This document shows positions 54,296-64,000 of a stretch of 64,000 nucleotides of DNA, piece after piece. The stretch's first letter is position 1. Each line of letters begins with the position of its first letter. The stretch is from Candidatus Bathyarchaeota archaeon (GTDB lineage: Archaea; Thermoproteota; Bathyarchaeia; Bathyarchaeales; Bathycorpusculaceae): the NCBI GenBank assembly GCA_963806535.1, contig CAWDYC010000004.1, positions 523,896-587,895 of the forward strand, written 5' to 3'. Under the pieces are notes generated by a model. That model was not told where the DNA came from and searched no databases. It was given only the letters and a program-made list of their open reading frames with translations. The position numbers and the translations under genes are program-made.

Positions 54296-56009
54296 TTACT
54301 TTTTCAATAATTTGCTTTCAAGAATCATTTGTAGATTAATTTCGAAAGCGGCCACTGGATTCTCAAGTTTCCATATTTCAAGCACCAAAGGATTAACTTC
54401 ACCCACAACGCCAACATCAGTTCCGCCAACGATTACTTTGCCGACTCTGCCTTCGATAAAGCTTGGATGACTGGTCTCTTTTATTTGCCATTCAACACCA
54501 AAATTGGTGAAAAATGCGTCGAGGGCAGATTTGATTTCGGTGAAGTTGGCGTTTGCATGTGCGGTTGCTGCGCAGAGCCATTCTTCGTCTCGTGTTTTGG
54601 TTTCTTTTGTTTTATCTGGCTTTGTGATTTTTCCGAGTTCATAGATTTTTTGGGGGAACTCAGTGGATTGGTTATTGCTAAGGAACTCTATGAGGCTTGG
54701 CAAGAGCCAGTTGCGTAGGCATGTCATGGTGACAACTTTGGGATTTGCTAATTCAACAAGAGAGTGTTTTTGGCTGGTTCATTTTGTCAAATAGGCTTTC
54801 AGGATTAGTGAGTGTATAAGTGAGAATTTCCTGGTAGCCTAAACCAACCATAAGCTCCCGTGCAAGATCAATAAGACGTTGGTCAGATTTTGCGCGTCCA
54901 GTTGTTGGCAGTTCACGCCAAACACACTCAATATTATTGTAGCCATAGGCGATGGCGACATCCTCGATTAAATCAACTTGATGCATCACATCAATACGGT
55001 AGCATGGAACAAGCACATCCACCGTGTCCGCTTTGATTTTTTCAATGCCTAAGCCTGCAGTTAACAAAAGTTCAGCAATGCGTTCAGAGGAAAGTTTGAG
55101 CCCAAGCAGTTTGTTTGTGTCTTCAACGCTTAGCGGCATGTGTCTATTGCTGAAGTCTGGTGTTGTAACCGTTTGTCTCTGTGTACTCTGAGCCTTTTGG
55201 ATAGTGGATTGTTGCTGAGTAAGCTTTTCCGCCATTGTCAATTAAAGCTGCAGTCACAAGATTTAAGTGTGTTTAGGACTGTTTTATGCAGAGTGCCTGT
55301 GACTTCAACCAGCAAATTCCTTGATTCCTCAGTAATCTTGCCTAAATCGTTTGAGTTGATGATTGGTGGAAAAGACAAAACCTTACCTTCAGAATCATAC
55401 AACATCGGGTAGAGAGGATTTTTCTTAACTATTTGCCCATACTCTATGCCTTTTGGATGCCGCTCCAAAATCTCATCTAAATTCATCTTTTCAGTAAATC
55501 CCAGCGGAACAAAACTAACATCTTTTGGCTTAACAGCCGTGTACTCGATTGGCGGCTTAATCAAGTCAAAATTGTAGATGCCGATGGAGGTTTTCTGTCG
55601 GTTTCTGCCAAACGTTTTGTCCAGTTTGTCTTGCAGATGCATGATTCCTTTAATGGTGTTGTCTGTTAGGTGGATGTCTTTTATTACTGAACAGCAAATG
55701 AAAGGTCGAATATTGTAAAGTTGAGAATTCACGTTGACTTCAACGATTGATTTGCCAACGGCATATTGTTTGAGCCCTTTTTCCAATGTTTAGGTAGCCG
55801 CGAAGTGCTCTGCTTAAGCCCTCTACGCTCCAGAGGTCAGGGCGGTTAGTGTCTTTCATTTCTATGCTGACGATGCCTTCTTTTTCATTGTAGAGTTTGA
55901 CTTCCCCTTTGATGAAGGCTAAAATGTCGTCAAGTTTTGCCATGTCGCCTTCAAGTTTGAGGGCAAGTAAGCGTTCAAGCTCTGCATATTCTATGTCGAT
56001 TGTAGGCAT
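54296..56009 (-). CDS. pheT: Phenylalanine--tRNA ligase beta subunit (frameshifted)
   Basis: DTNRPDLWSVEG, QDKL..TFGRNR.K.SIG, SFPPIINS, P.YR.D.MH..DLIED.AIAYGY, HPSFIEGR. Confidence 0.94.
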
Positions 56010-57549
56010 TTACGTCACCTGTTTTTTTCTTAGCCAATCAAGGTCTTGGCTGAAAATCTGGCGAATATCTTCTATGCCCGCTCGCATCATGAAAAGGCGA
56101 TCTACACCCAACCCCCATGCAATAACGGGCACTTTTACACCAAGCGGCAAAGTGACTTCTGGACGGAAGATTCCTGAACCGCCGAATTCTACCCAGCCAT
56201 AGCCTTCCTTGTAAGCGCTAAGTTCAACACTGGGCTCTGTAAACGGGAAATAATCGGGTTTGAAACGCACTTTGTCTGCTCCAGCAATCTCCATGGCAAA
56301 TTTGCCGAGCACTCCAAGCAGGTCTTTGAGTGTTAGGTTTTTGTCTATGATTATGCCTTCGACCTGGTTGAATTCTGAGAGGTGGGTTTTGTCAGTTATT
56401 TCTGGACGGTAAACCCTTGCGATTGAGAAGTGTTTGCTTGGGACCTCAAAGTTTTTGCTTTCTAAGGTTCTTGCGCTTAGGCATGTGCCGTGTCCCCTGA
56501 GAATTAGACGTTGGGCGGCTAGAAGCGAGTATTTGTATCCCCATCCTGTTGAACCTGTTTTCCAGCCGTTCTCATGTGTCTCCTCAACATGCTCCACAGC
56601 ATGGGCATGAGCGCTTATGTCGCCGTACTGTGGGTCTTTGAGGTAGTAAATGTCGCTTTCTTCACGGGCAGGATGGTCCTGCGGCACGTAAAGGGCATCA
56701 AAGTTGAAGAAGCTGGTTTCAACGGCTGTGCCTGTCATTTCTTGGAAGCCCAAGTTGACGAGTTTGGCGCGGACTTCATCAAGAAATTGCAGGTAAGGAT
56801 GTTTTTTGCCTGGCCAAGTTTTAGCGACAGGCGCTTCAATGTTGTATTTTTGGAGTTTTGAAGTGTGCCATTTGCCTGTGATGATGAGTTCAGGTGTTAG
56901 TTGGGTGATTTCTTTTGGGGCAACTTTGGCTTCAGCTGCTGCTTTTTTGCCCTCTGCTGTGATTTGAAGGGTTCGTGTTGTTTTGGGTTCAATGGTTAGG
57001 ACTTTGCGTTTTTTAAGTTGCTCAGCTGCTTCTTTTAGCTCTGGGCTTAACTCTTCGAGCAGCTAATTGATGTTGATGCTTATCGTTTAAGTGTTTGAGG
57101 AGGGTTTCGTCGCAGCCTTCCTCAATTAACGCTTGATGCAGCAGCGGCTCACTGATGCGTATTGTGTTGTCGCTTGAAGTGTAGAGTGCCCATTTTTTTC
57201 TTATTGCCCAGCCAAGCGCAATCTGAACAAACTGTGACTCAAGTCCTGCTTGTTTTGCTGCCATTTTGCAGGTCTGCTGATCCTCCAAGTGCCTCGACAG
57301 CTCGAATTAGGTTGCGTTCAGGCAAACCGTTTTTGGCATATGCTTCGCCTTCAGCAGTTAGTTTGATTACGTTTTGGTATTGAGCATGTATTTTGATAAG
57401 GTTTTTTTCTTGAAGAGTCAACCCAGTGCGCATAACTGCGGTGTCAGGGAATTTGCAAGCATCAACTCAGTTGTTCTACTGAAGCACTTCCGCCCAAGCG
57501 ATTCCAGGGCAGTGAGTAATTGTTGTTCTTGTGCTCTAAGTTCAACCAT
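56010..57549 (-). CDS. pheS: Phenylalanine--tRNA ligase alpha subunit (frameshifted)
   Basis: NFDALYVPQDHPARE, THLSEFNQVEG, YFPFTEPS, GGSGIFRPEV, AWGLGVDRL. Confidence 0.95.
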
Positions 57550-57686
57550 ATGCTTGCCTTCAATGCGCACGTGAGATTGTTAAGGGATATTCTTGCGTCA
57601 CAAATAAAAGCATGCTGATTCAGCGTTTCTCGTTGGGATTAGTGTTAAACGAAAGATTGCTGTTCCTTATGGTGGAAATAGTGTTT

Positions 57687-58871
57687 TTAATTTTTGATCG
57701 GCAATTCTACCCTGAACGTTGCGCCCTTGCCTTCTTCACTTTTGAAGCTTACTTTGCCGTTTAATCCTTCAACAAGACGCTTAACAACAGCTAATCCTAA
57801 ACCTTGACCCTTCGGTTTGGTAGTAAATAAAGGAGTAAAAAGCCTCCACTGCAAATCTTTAGGTATGCCCACTCCAGTGTCCCTAACTATTATGCTTATG
57901 TTGTTTGTTTTTTTGTCTTGACTGGCAGCTATTTCTAACTCGCCCCCTAGCGGCATGGCTTGTACAGCGTTGATTGCAAGGTTCAATAGAATTCTCTTTA
58001 AAAGTGTTGGGTCAGTTTTTATATTTGATAGATTTTTGCCGAAATTGCAGTGTGCTTCAATGTTATCTGGAACATTTAGCGTTGATAAGGAAGATCTGAC
58101 AAGCGTTTTTAAGTCAACTTCAACCAGTTCAGGCGTAAGCGGTCGTGCATAATCTTGCAAATCAGAAATAATTTTATCTACATAATTAATTTGCTCATAA
58201 ATGGACTCTATTTCTGAAGAAGCATCAGTTTTTTCTTTGCTGTCAGATAAATTACCTAAGTCCTCTTTTATTAGATACAAAGATGACACAATAGACTGCA
58301 GTGGATTGCGAATGTCATGCCCAACCATTCCTGCTGTAGCGCCAATAGCAGCTAAACGTTCTTTCTCTTGAAGCTGCTTGGTACGCTCCTCAACAAGCTT
58401 CTCAAGATTCTTCGTGTGTTCTTCAAGTTTCTCCTGAAGCTGTTTGCGCTCTGTAATATCTACTCCATAAACTATTATTCCTTCAGCTGAAGGAAACACC
58501 GTAAACTCTCTAAATCCGGTATTTGCATAAATGGTTTTCCACTCAAAACGCCTAATTTCTCTTTTCTCCATAGCCCAGCGATAATTCTTCTCTACAGCAG
58601 TTCCGACAAAATTTGGAAAGGTTTTCCAAAAGTTCTTGCCAATGAGTTCCTCGGGCTTCCTGCCAAAATACTTAGATGTGGTTTTGTTAATGTAAACAAT
58701 ATTCCAATTCCGGTCATAGGAACTGACGTAATCGTCCGTTCTTTCAAGAATATCGGAGGCTATCGTCAGCTCTTTCAACTTTTCTGCTTGAAGATTTCTA
58801 TTTCTTGGTTTAGTTTTAGATGTGGTTTTCTCTGGTTTATGTTTAATCAATTGACCAGAATTGTTAACCAA
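57687..58871 (-). CDS. PAS-domain sensor histidine kinase (cytoplasmic, orphan)
   Basis: PAS; ERLAAIGATAGMVGHDIRNPL H-box; NAVQAM, DTGVGI, FTTKPKGQGLGL. Confidence 0.92.
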   Translation of the reverse strand: MVNNSGQLIKHKPEKTTSKTKPRNRNLQAEKLKELTIASDILERTDDYVSSYDRNWNIVYINKTTSKYFGRKPEELIGKNFWKTFPNFVGTAVEKNYRWAMEKREIRRFEWKTIYANTGFREFTVFPSAEGIIVYGVDITERKQLQEKLEEHTKNLEKLVEERTKQLQEKERLAAIGATAGMVGHDIRNPLQSIVSSLYLIKEDLGNLSDSKEKTDASSEIESIYEQINYVDKIISDLQDYARPLTPELVEVDLKTLVRSSLSTLNVPDNIEAHCNFGKNLSNIKTDPTLLKRILLNLAINAVQAMPLGGELEIAASQDKKTNNISIIVRDTGVGIPKDLQWRLFTPLFTTKPKGQGLGLAVVKRLVEGLNGKVSFKSEEGKGATFRVELPIKN

Positions 58872-58992
58872 AATTGCTACTCTCCTATCTGTAAATTAGA
58901 CGTCAATAGGAAAAGAACATTTGTTGAAGAACGACGAGGCATAAGGTGTAAGCTGCGTTTTAACTCGCAATCTTACTTTTAGGGTTGACTGA

Positions 58993-59163
58993 TTAGGTCG
59001 CTGGAATTTTGCGAAGCATTTTCTTTTCAATGTCTAAACACTCGTCGCAGAGGTCAGAATCCGGTCTCCTTAACCGTCGCTGCATAATAACACGTGGATA
59101 CTGCTTGCAACCTTTCATCCAATGCCACCTATCAGGCTCAGCACCCTTAACATACTCGTCCAT
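58993..59163 (-). CDS. 56-aa putative Zn-binding microprotein (not in the ORF track)
   Basis: MDEYVKGAEPDRWHWMKGCKQYPRVIMQRRLRRPDSDLCDECLDIEKKMLRKIPAT* (H-x4-C...CxxC). Confidence 0.65.
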   Translation of the reverse strand: MDEYVKGAEPDRWHWMKGCKQYPRVIMQRRLRRPDSDLCDECLDIEKKMLRKIPAT

Positions 59164-59296
59164 TTCTACTCGCCTAAATAATACTATGACTCAACAAATA
59201 TTTCTAATTTGCGTAAGCACCGCTAAGGAAAAATCTCAAATTTAAAAAATAAATAGAAAATGTTATCAAGCTAACGCTTGCTACACTTCAAAGCCG

Positions 59297-59401
59297 CTAC
59301 TTTGATTTGCCAGCTTTCTTGGCGCAAGCATCACTACAATACTTAGACTTAGCATCAAACGTAGTATACTTCTTTTTACAAACTGGGCATTTCTTTTCCA
59401 T
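59297..59401 (-). CDS. 34-aa CxxC...YCSxxC (TRASH/DUF2116-like) microprotein (not in the ORF track)
   Basis: GAGGAG RBS, then MEKKCPVCKKKYTTFDAKSKYCSDACAKKAGKSK*. Confidence 0.75.
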   Translation of the reverse strand: MEKKCPVCKKKYTTFDAKSKYCSDACAKKAGKSK

Positions 59402-59528
59402 TCAAATCTCCTCTATTTTATTTAGTATCTTACTACTTTGTTCTAAAAGCTTTTCCTTTTAAGATTTTTTGCTAATAAGTTTTATAGGACAATTGGATTT
59501 ATGATTTTTTTGATTAAATTCTGATCCT

Positions 59529-59560
59529 CACACACACGACACCCTCACACGGTGTGTGTG
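59529..59560. promoter_or_regulatory. Inverted repeat CACACACAC-N14-GTGTGTGTG upstream of the large surface protein gene
   Basis: Perfect 9-bp arms plus an internal CCTCACAC direct repeat. Confidence 0.45.
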
Positions 59561-59724
59561 TCACTGCTGCGGAGAGAAGAAACAACCTTTTTTCCGATGG
59601 CAACTTGCTTCTTCCATTTTTAAGGTCTTCCATAATCTTAAATGTAAGTTACTCACAAATAGGGCTTTGTTGGGTGAAAACTCACTTTTTTGCTCAACAA
59701 AAATAAAATGGAAGGAAAAGAAAA

Positions 59725-62503
59725 ATGAAAATTTTAGGAAACAAAACAGCAGCAACTATTGCTATCTTCTTAATGCTTTCAATGTCAACTTCAATGACAC
59801 TAGTATCTGCAGCTGTCTATTATCCACCAGGAACACACGTTACAGTCATACGCTCAGATCAACGTCGCACCTAACCCTGTCGGCATAGGGCAAACAGTCA
59901 CAGTAGACATGTATCTCGCGGTACCACTGGAAACTAGCGAAAGACCATTTAATATGACACTCTACATTACAGATCCTAATGGAGTAAAAACAACTTACGG
60001 ACCATTCACAGGCGACGTAACTGGAGGCACATATTACTCCTTCGTACCAGACAAACTTGGCAACTACTCAATCTACTGGTATTACCCAGGACAAACCCTC
60101 ACAGGGAACAACGGCACTTCGACTCCCCCAGGATTTGGTGCCCTAATCACTGACCCAAGCACCAGCCCAACCATAACACTTACTGTACAACAAGAGCCAA
60201 TAACTCGCAGTTCATACCCGATCACTCCACTTCCAACAGCATGGTGGGAAACTCCAGTAACCGCTGAAAACATTCAGAATGGTATACGATCTGTGGACCA
60301 TGGCTTGGCATATCATCAAACGATTTTGCCGCAACTGGAGCCCTAGGTCTCGCCAATGGCTTTGAAAACAACGTCTGGCAGCCATACTCCTCAGACATCG
60401 CCTCTGGTCACGTCATCTGGACGTTGCCGTGGGGCGCTGGTGGTGTTCCAGGCGGAATGTATGGTGGAACAGAAAGCAGCAACTTCTGGATGACAAGACA
60501 GTACAGCCAAACTTTGCCGCAGTCATAATTAACGGCATACTATACTCTACCCAGTATACTTACGCTACGAACACTGGTGCCAACAACGGTATCATCGCTA
60601 TCAACCTATTCACTGGTCAACAACTGTGGAGCATAAACACAACCAACGCATTGGTGACCGGTATGATGATCGACTACAAGAACCCGAACGAGTACGGTGT
60701 CAACGGTCCATTCCTTTGGACGACAGGCACTCTTCCTGCATCAGATACCGGCGGAAGGCAAATCGGATCTCAGACCAACAATGCTGGGGTTACGATACCA
60801 TCACCATTCATGAACACTACGGGAACACAATGGAACATGTATGACGCGTTTGACGGACGATACGTCGGAAGCATCGTCAACGGTTCAAGCGGCGGAAGTT
60901 ACAGCGGTATGCAACTTGCTCAGGATGATCAAGGAGGCTTAGTAGGCTACTACATAAACAACACAGCAGGCACACAACTCGTACACCCAGGAGTGGGAAC
61001 TGGAACGGGAACCACAGCTGTCACTGCCACTGTCACACCCTACGCTGTCACCAACACTGGTAGCTCACTTAGACTGCTTCAACTTTACGACAGCTCTACT
61101 TACATCAAGCATAACACCAGCGCGCAACTTCATAATAGACTGGAGCACTGGAGTGCAATTCGCAGTCCCTCTAGCCACCAACATTTCAGGCACACCAATC
61201 GCGGGACTCCAGTGGGGAATGTGGTCAGTTCTTGGCAATACCGTCTGCTTGACGGCTGGCTTTGTTCACGGAAACGTTGGTTCAGGCTATGAACAAGCAG
61301 GCTTTGTTACCGTATCAGCTATGGATGGAATCGACGGACATCAACTTATGCTAAAGAACATCACAACCACAGACACAGCAGTTATGCAACCATGGACAAG
61401 ACTCGGCGGTAACTCTGCAGGGGGAAAATTATTCTTGTTCGACGGCTTAAACTGGAAAGGTGTTTGCTATGACATGCGCACCGGAAGCAAGGTGTGGGGT
61501 GACGTGCAACTGACACCGGTTTCGGGATACCAGATCAACCCCTACGACGTCTTCAACTTCAAGACCATGTATGCTAACGGAATGGAACTCGTCTTTGGCT
61601 TCGGAGGAGACATATGGGGACTTAATGCTACAACTGGACAGCAAATGTGGGCAACAAATACTCTAAACATACTTGGTGACCCAGGCATCGAAACTCCATA
61701 CGGTACATGGCCGCTGTGGATTTTCGCTGCCCAAGCCCAAACCAACAACATTGCATACTTTGGTGTAGGCCACGAGTACGACCCACCGCTGTTCCACGGC
61801 GCACAGATGCTAGCGATCAACATGACTGACGGCAGCTTAGTCTGGAAAGAACTCGGCACATACACCAGATCCTTCGAGATTTCTGCCGGAGTTCTCATCT
61901 CAGTCAACGAATACGACAACCAAGTTTACGCCTTCGCCAAAGGACCGACACAAGTCACAGTGTCAGCTCCAAGCGTTGGTGCAACAACTGCTACTCCAAT
62001 AACCATCTCAGGCAAAGTAGTCGATGTTTCTCCCGGCACAGCGCAAGACGCAGTCAAACGCAACTACCCCAACGGCGTTCCAGTTGTCTCTGAAGAAAGC
62101 CAGAGCGCATTCATGGAAACCGTTTACCAGCAGCAGCCAATGCCAGCCAATATCACCGGGGTCCCAATCGGCCTATTCGTCCTCGACTCTAACAACAACT
62201 ACCGACAAATCGGCACCACCACGAGCGATTCTCTTGGAACCTTCACCTACAATTGGACACCTGATATCCCAGGAAACTTCAAGAGTCTACGCTACCTTCG
62301 CTGGCTCCAACAGCTACTGGCCATCGTCCGCTTCAACAGGCTTCTACGCTGGAACACCACCTGCAACACAACAACCAACAACATTAACGCAAACAGGGCA
62401 AGCAACGTCATCTGACCTTTGGACAGGTATCGCTGTCATTGCAGTTATAATCATAATCGTTGGCGCTGTACTCGGCATATTGCTGCTTAGAAGACGACCA
62501 TAA
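59725..62503 (+). CDS. Large cell-surface protein with PQQ-like beta-propeller repeats and C-terminal TM anchor (frameshifted)
   Basis: Signal peptide; AINLFTGQQLW, CYDMRTGSKVW, GLNATTGQQMW, AINMTDGSLVW repeats; NEYDNQVYAFAKGP; TM plus RRRP. Confidence 0.85.
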
Positions 62504-62585
62504 AATTAAAGTGAAAACCACTTCACTTCCCTTTTTTTAGTTCATCAAAAACAAAAGGACAGAAAAAAGTTTTTCGTTCTGTTGT

Positions 62586-62768
62586 CCAACGCTTACACCT
62601 AGTTCTACCTTTCCAGAGTTTCCAACTTTAATAATTCTGCCACTTTTTGTAGTAGCAACACTTCTATCGATTATACTTATCAGAAAAATATCAAAGGCAC
62701 AATCTATAAAAATGAGAGGCAACCGATTCGGGGATTCCACTCTTTTGTTTCTCCTCTCAAGTATTTAG
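62586..62768 (+). pseudogene. Orphan PEF-CTERM-like sorting-signal fragment
   Basis: PTLTPSSTFPEFPTLIILPLFVVATLLSIILIRKISK...; in-frame stop at 62538 upstream and no start codon before the PEF motif. Confidence 0.65.
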
Positions 62769-62941
62769 CAAATAAAAGAGCTTCTTCATTAATCAGCATC
62801 TCTATATTTTGCTGTCTTTGTTTCTGTCTACTTTCCGGCTATGTCAACCTTTAATTTTAGCTTACTTAACCGAATTTGGTTCGTGTTGTTTATATATTGG
62901 AATATTGACTATGGATGTGCAAAAGAAGGAATATCTAAAGA

Positions 62942-63382
62942 ATGGGTTCCAAGTCACCAAGAGGCGAATTTGCCGCAAGGCAACTAGCAAAGAAACGGAA
63001 GAATTTCCGTTGGTCTGATCGTTACTTTAACAGACGCATGCTTATGCTAGACGAAAAAGTTGACCCTATGCAGGGTGCACCCCAAAGCCGGGGTATCGTT
63101 CTAGAAAAAGTAGGTGTTGAATCAAAACAGCCAAACAGCGCCATCCGAAAATGCGTCAGAACACAACTTATCAAAAACGGAAGAACCATCACCGCTTTCC
63201 TACCCGGAGACGGCGCACTCAACGTTGTCGACGAACACGACGAAGTTGTTGTTGAAGGCATCGGAGGCACAAGAGGCGGCGCTATGGGAGACATTCCAGG
63301 TGTTAGATGGAAAGTAGTTATGGTTAACGGCGTAAGCCTAAACGAACTCGTCTACGGACGAAAACAGAAACCAGCAAGGTAA
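62942..63382 (+). CDS. rps12: 30S ribosomal protein S12 (uS12)
   Basis: [39 protein letters not shown]. Confidence 0.98.
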   Translation: MGSKSPRGEFAARQLAKKRKNFRWSDRYFNRRMLMLDEKVDPMQGAPQSRGIVLEKVGVESKQPNSAIRKCVRTQLIKNGRTITAFLPGDGALNVVDEHDEVVVEGIGGTRGGAMGDIPGVRWKVVMVNGVSLNELVYGRKQKPAR

Positions 63383-63388
63383 TAGATT

Positions 63389-63976
63389 ATGTCACAAGCA
63401 ATAGCTCAACCTCAAGACATCAAACTTTTCCAAAAATGGAGTTTCAAAGACATCACAGTCGTAGACATCGGCCTACAAAGATACCTAAACTTGACCCCGA
63501 TGGTTGCCCCACACAGCATGGGACGCCACGAACACCAACGATTCCGCAAAGCAAAAGTCAACGTAGTCGAACGCTTAATCAACAGCCTCATGCGATCAGG
63601 CAAAAACAGCGGCAAAAAAGCCAAAACAACCAACATCGTCAAAGAAGCATTCGAAATCATCAACGCAAAAACAGGCAAAAACCCAATCGAAGTCCTCGTC
63701 AAAGCAGTTGAAAATGCAGCACCATGCGAAGACACCACAAGAATCAGCTACGGAGGAGTCGTCTACCACCTATCCGTTGACGTTGCACCACAACGCAGAA
63801 TCGACCTTGCAATACGCCACATAAGTGAAGGCGCAAGAGCAGCAAGCATAAACAACCCAAAAAGCATACAAGAAACCCTCGCAGACGAACTGATCCTTGC
63901 AGCAACCAAAGACATCAAGAGCGCAGGCGTAGCAAAACGCAACGAAATTGAACGCGTCGCACAATCAAGCAGATAA
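63389..63976 (+). CDS. rps7: 30S ribosomal protein S7 (uS7)
   Basis: PHSMGRHEH.RF.K, VERLIN.LMR, NAAP.ED, SVDVAPQRRID, E.ERVAQSSR. Confidence 0.98.
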   Translation: MSQAIAQPQDIKLFQKWSFKDITVVDIGLQRYLNLTPMVAPHSMGRHEHQRFRKAKVNVVERLINSLMRSGKNSGKKAKTTNIVKEAFEIINAKTGKNPIEVLVKAVENAAPCEDTTRISYGGVVYHLSVDVAPQRRIDLAIRHISEGARAASINNPKSIQETLADELILAATKDIKSAGVAKRNEIERVAQSSR

Positions 63977-64000
63977 AAATTTTTCTTTACCTTTTTATTT

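Noticed and set aside
57687-58871. Histidine kinase as KdpD
   Set aside because: No KdpD/USP/TM domains, it is 20 kb from kdp, and it is a generic PAS-HisKA-HATPase
62537-62740. Minus-strand 67-aa ORF
   Set aside because: Antisense to the PEF-CTERM-like fragment (VGNSG is the reverse reading of PEFPT)

Overview
Archaeal chromosomal window, most likely Bathyarchaeia (inferred from archaeal rps12/rps7, pheS/pheT, glyS, endA, DGGGP synthase, mch, a CdvB/Snf7-type ESCRT-III gene and PEF-CTERM-like and PQQ-propeller surface proteins). Many genes, including essential ones, are split by single-base indels. I read these as long-read consensus errors and report the reassembled genes. Content: housekeeping genes; a dockerin-like, membrane-HTH and cohesin surface cluster; a ~4.4 kb Cas4/RecB-like nuclease-SF1 helicase fusion; three ABC-2 systems; a kdpABC operon surrounded by four stand-alone Lrp ligand-binding (RAM) domain genes; and a nitrogen cluster (APC permease, glnA, two asparagine synthase genes) with a shared palindromic operator. 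The most striking unexplained signal is a non-coding dispersed element present four times in the first 32 kb. It has an ~85 bp conserved A/C-rich core (SACKCAACCTRCA...AAAGCARCYYAAAACACAA...TCARTAA) immediately preceded by a 10-bp-period tandem array whose unit differs between copies. Also found: orphan gene fragments (kdpC 3' end, PEF-CTERM tail), an internally deleted beta-propeller gene, and three unannotated small Zn-finger-type proteins. I recognised no tRNA, rRNA, CRISPR array or transposase. All family assignments come from motifs recognised by eye, not database searches.
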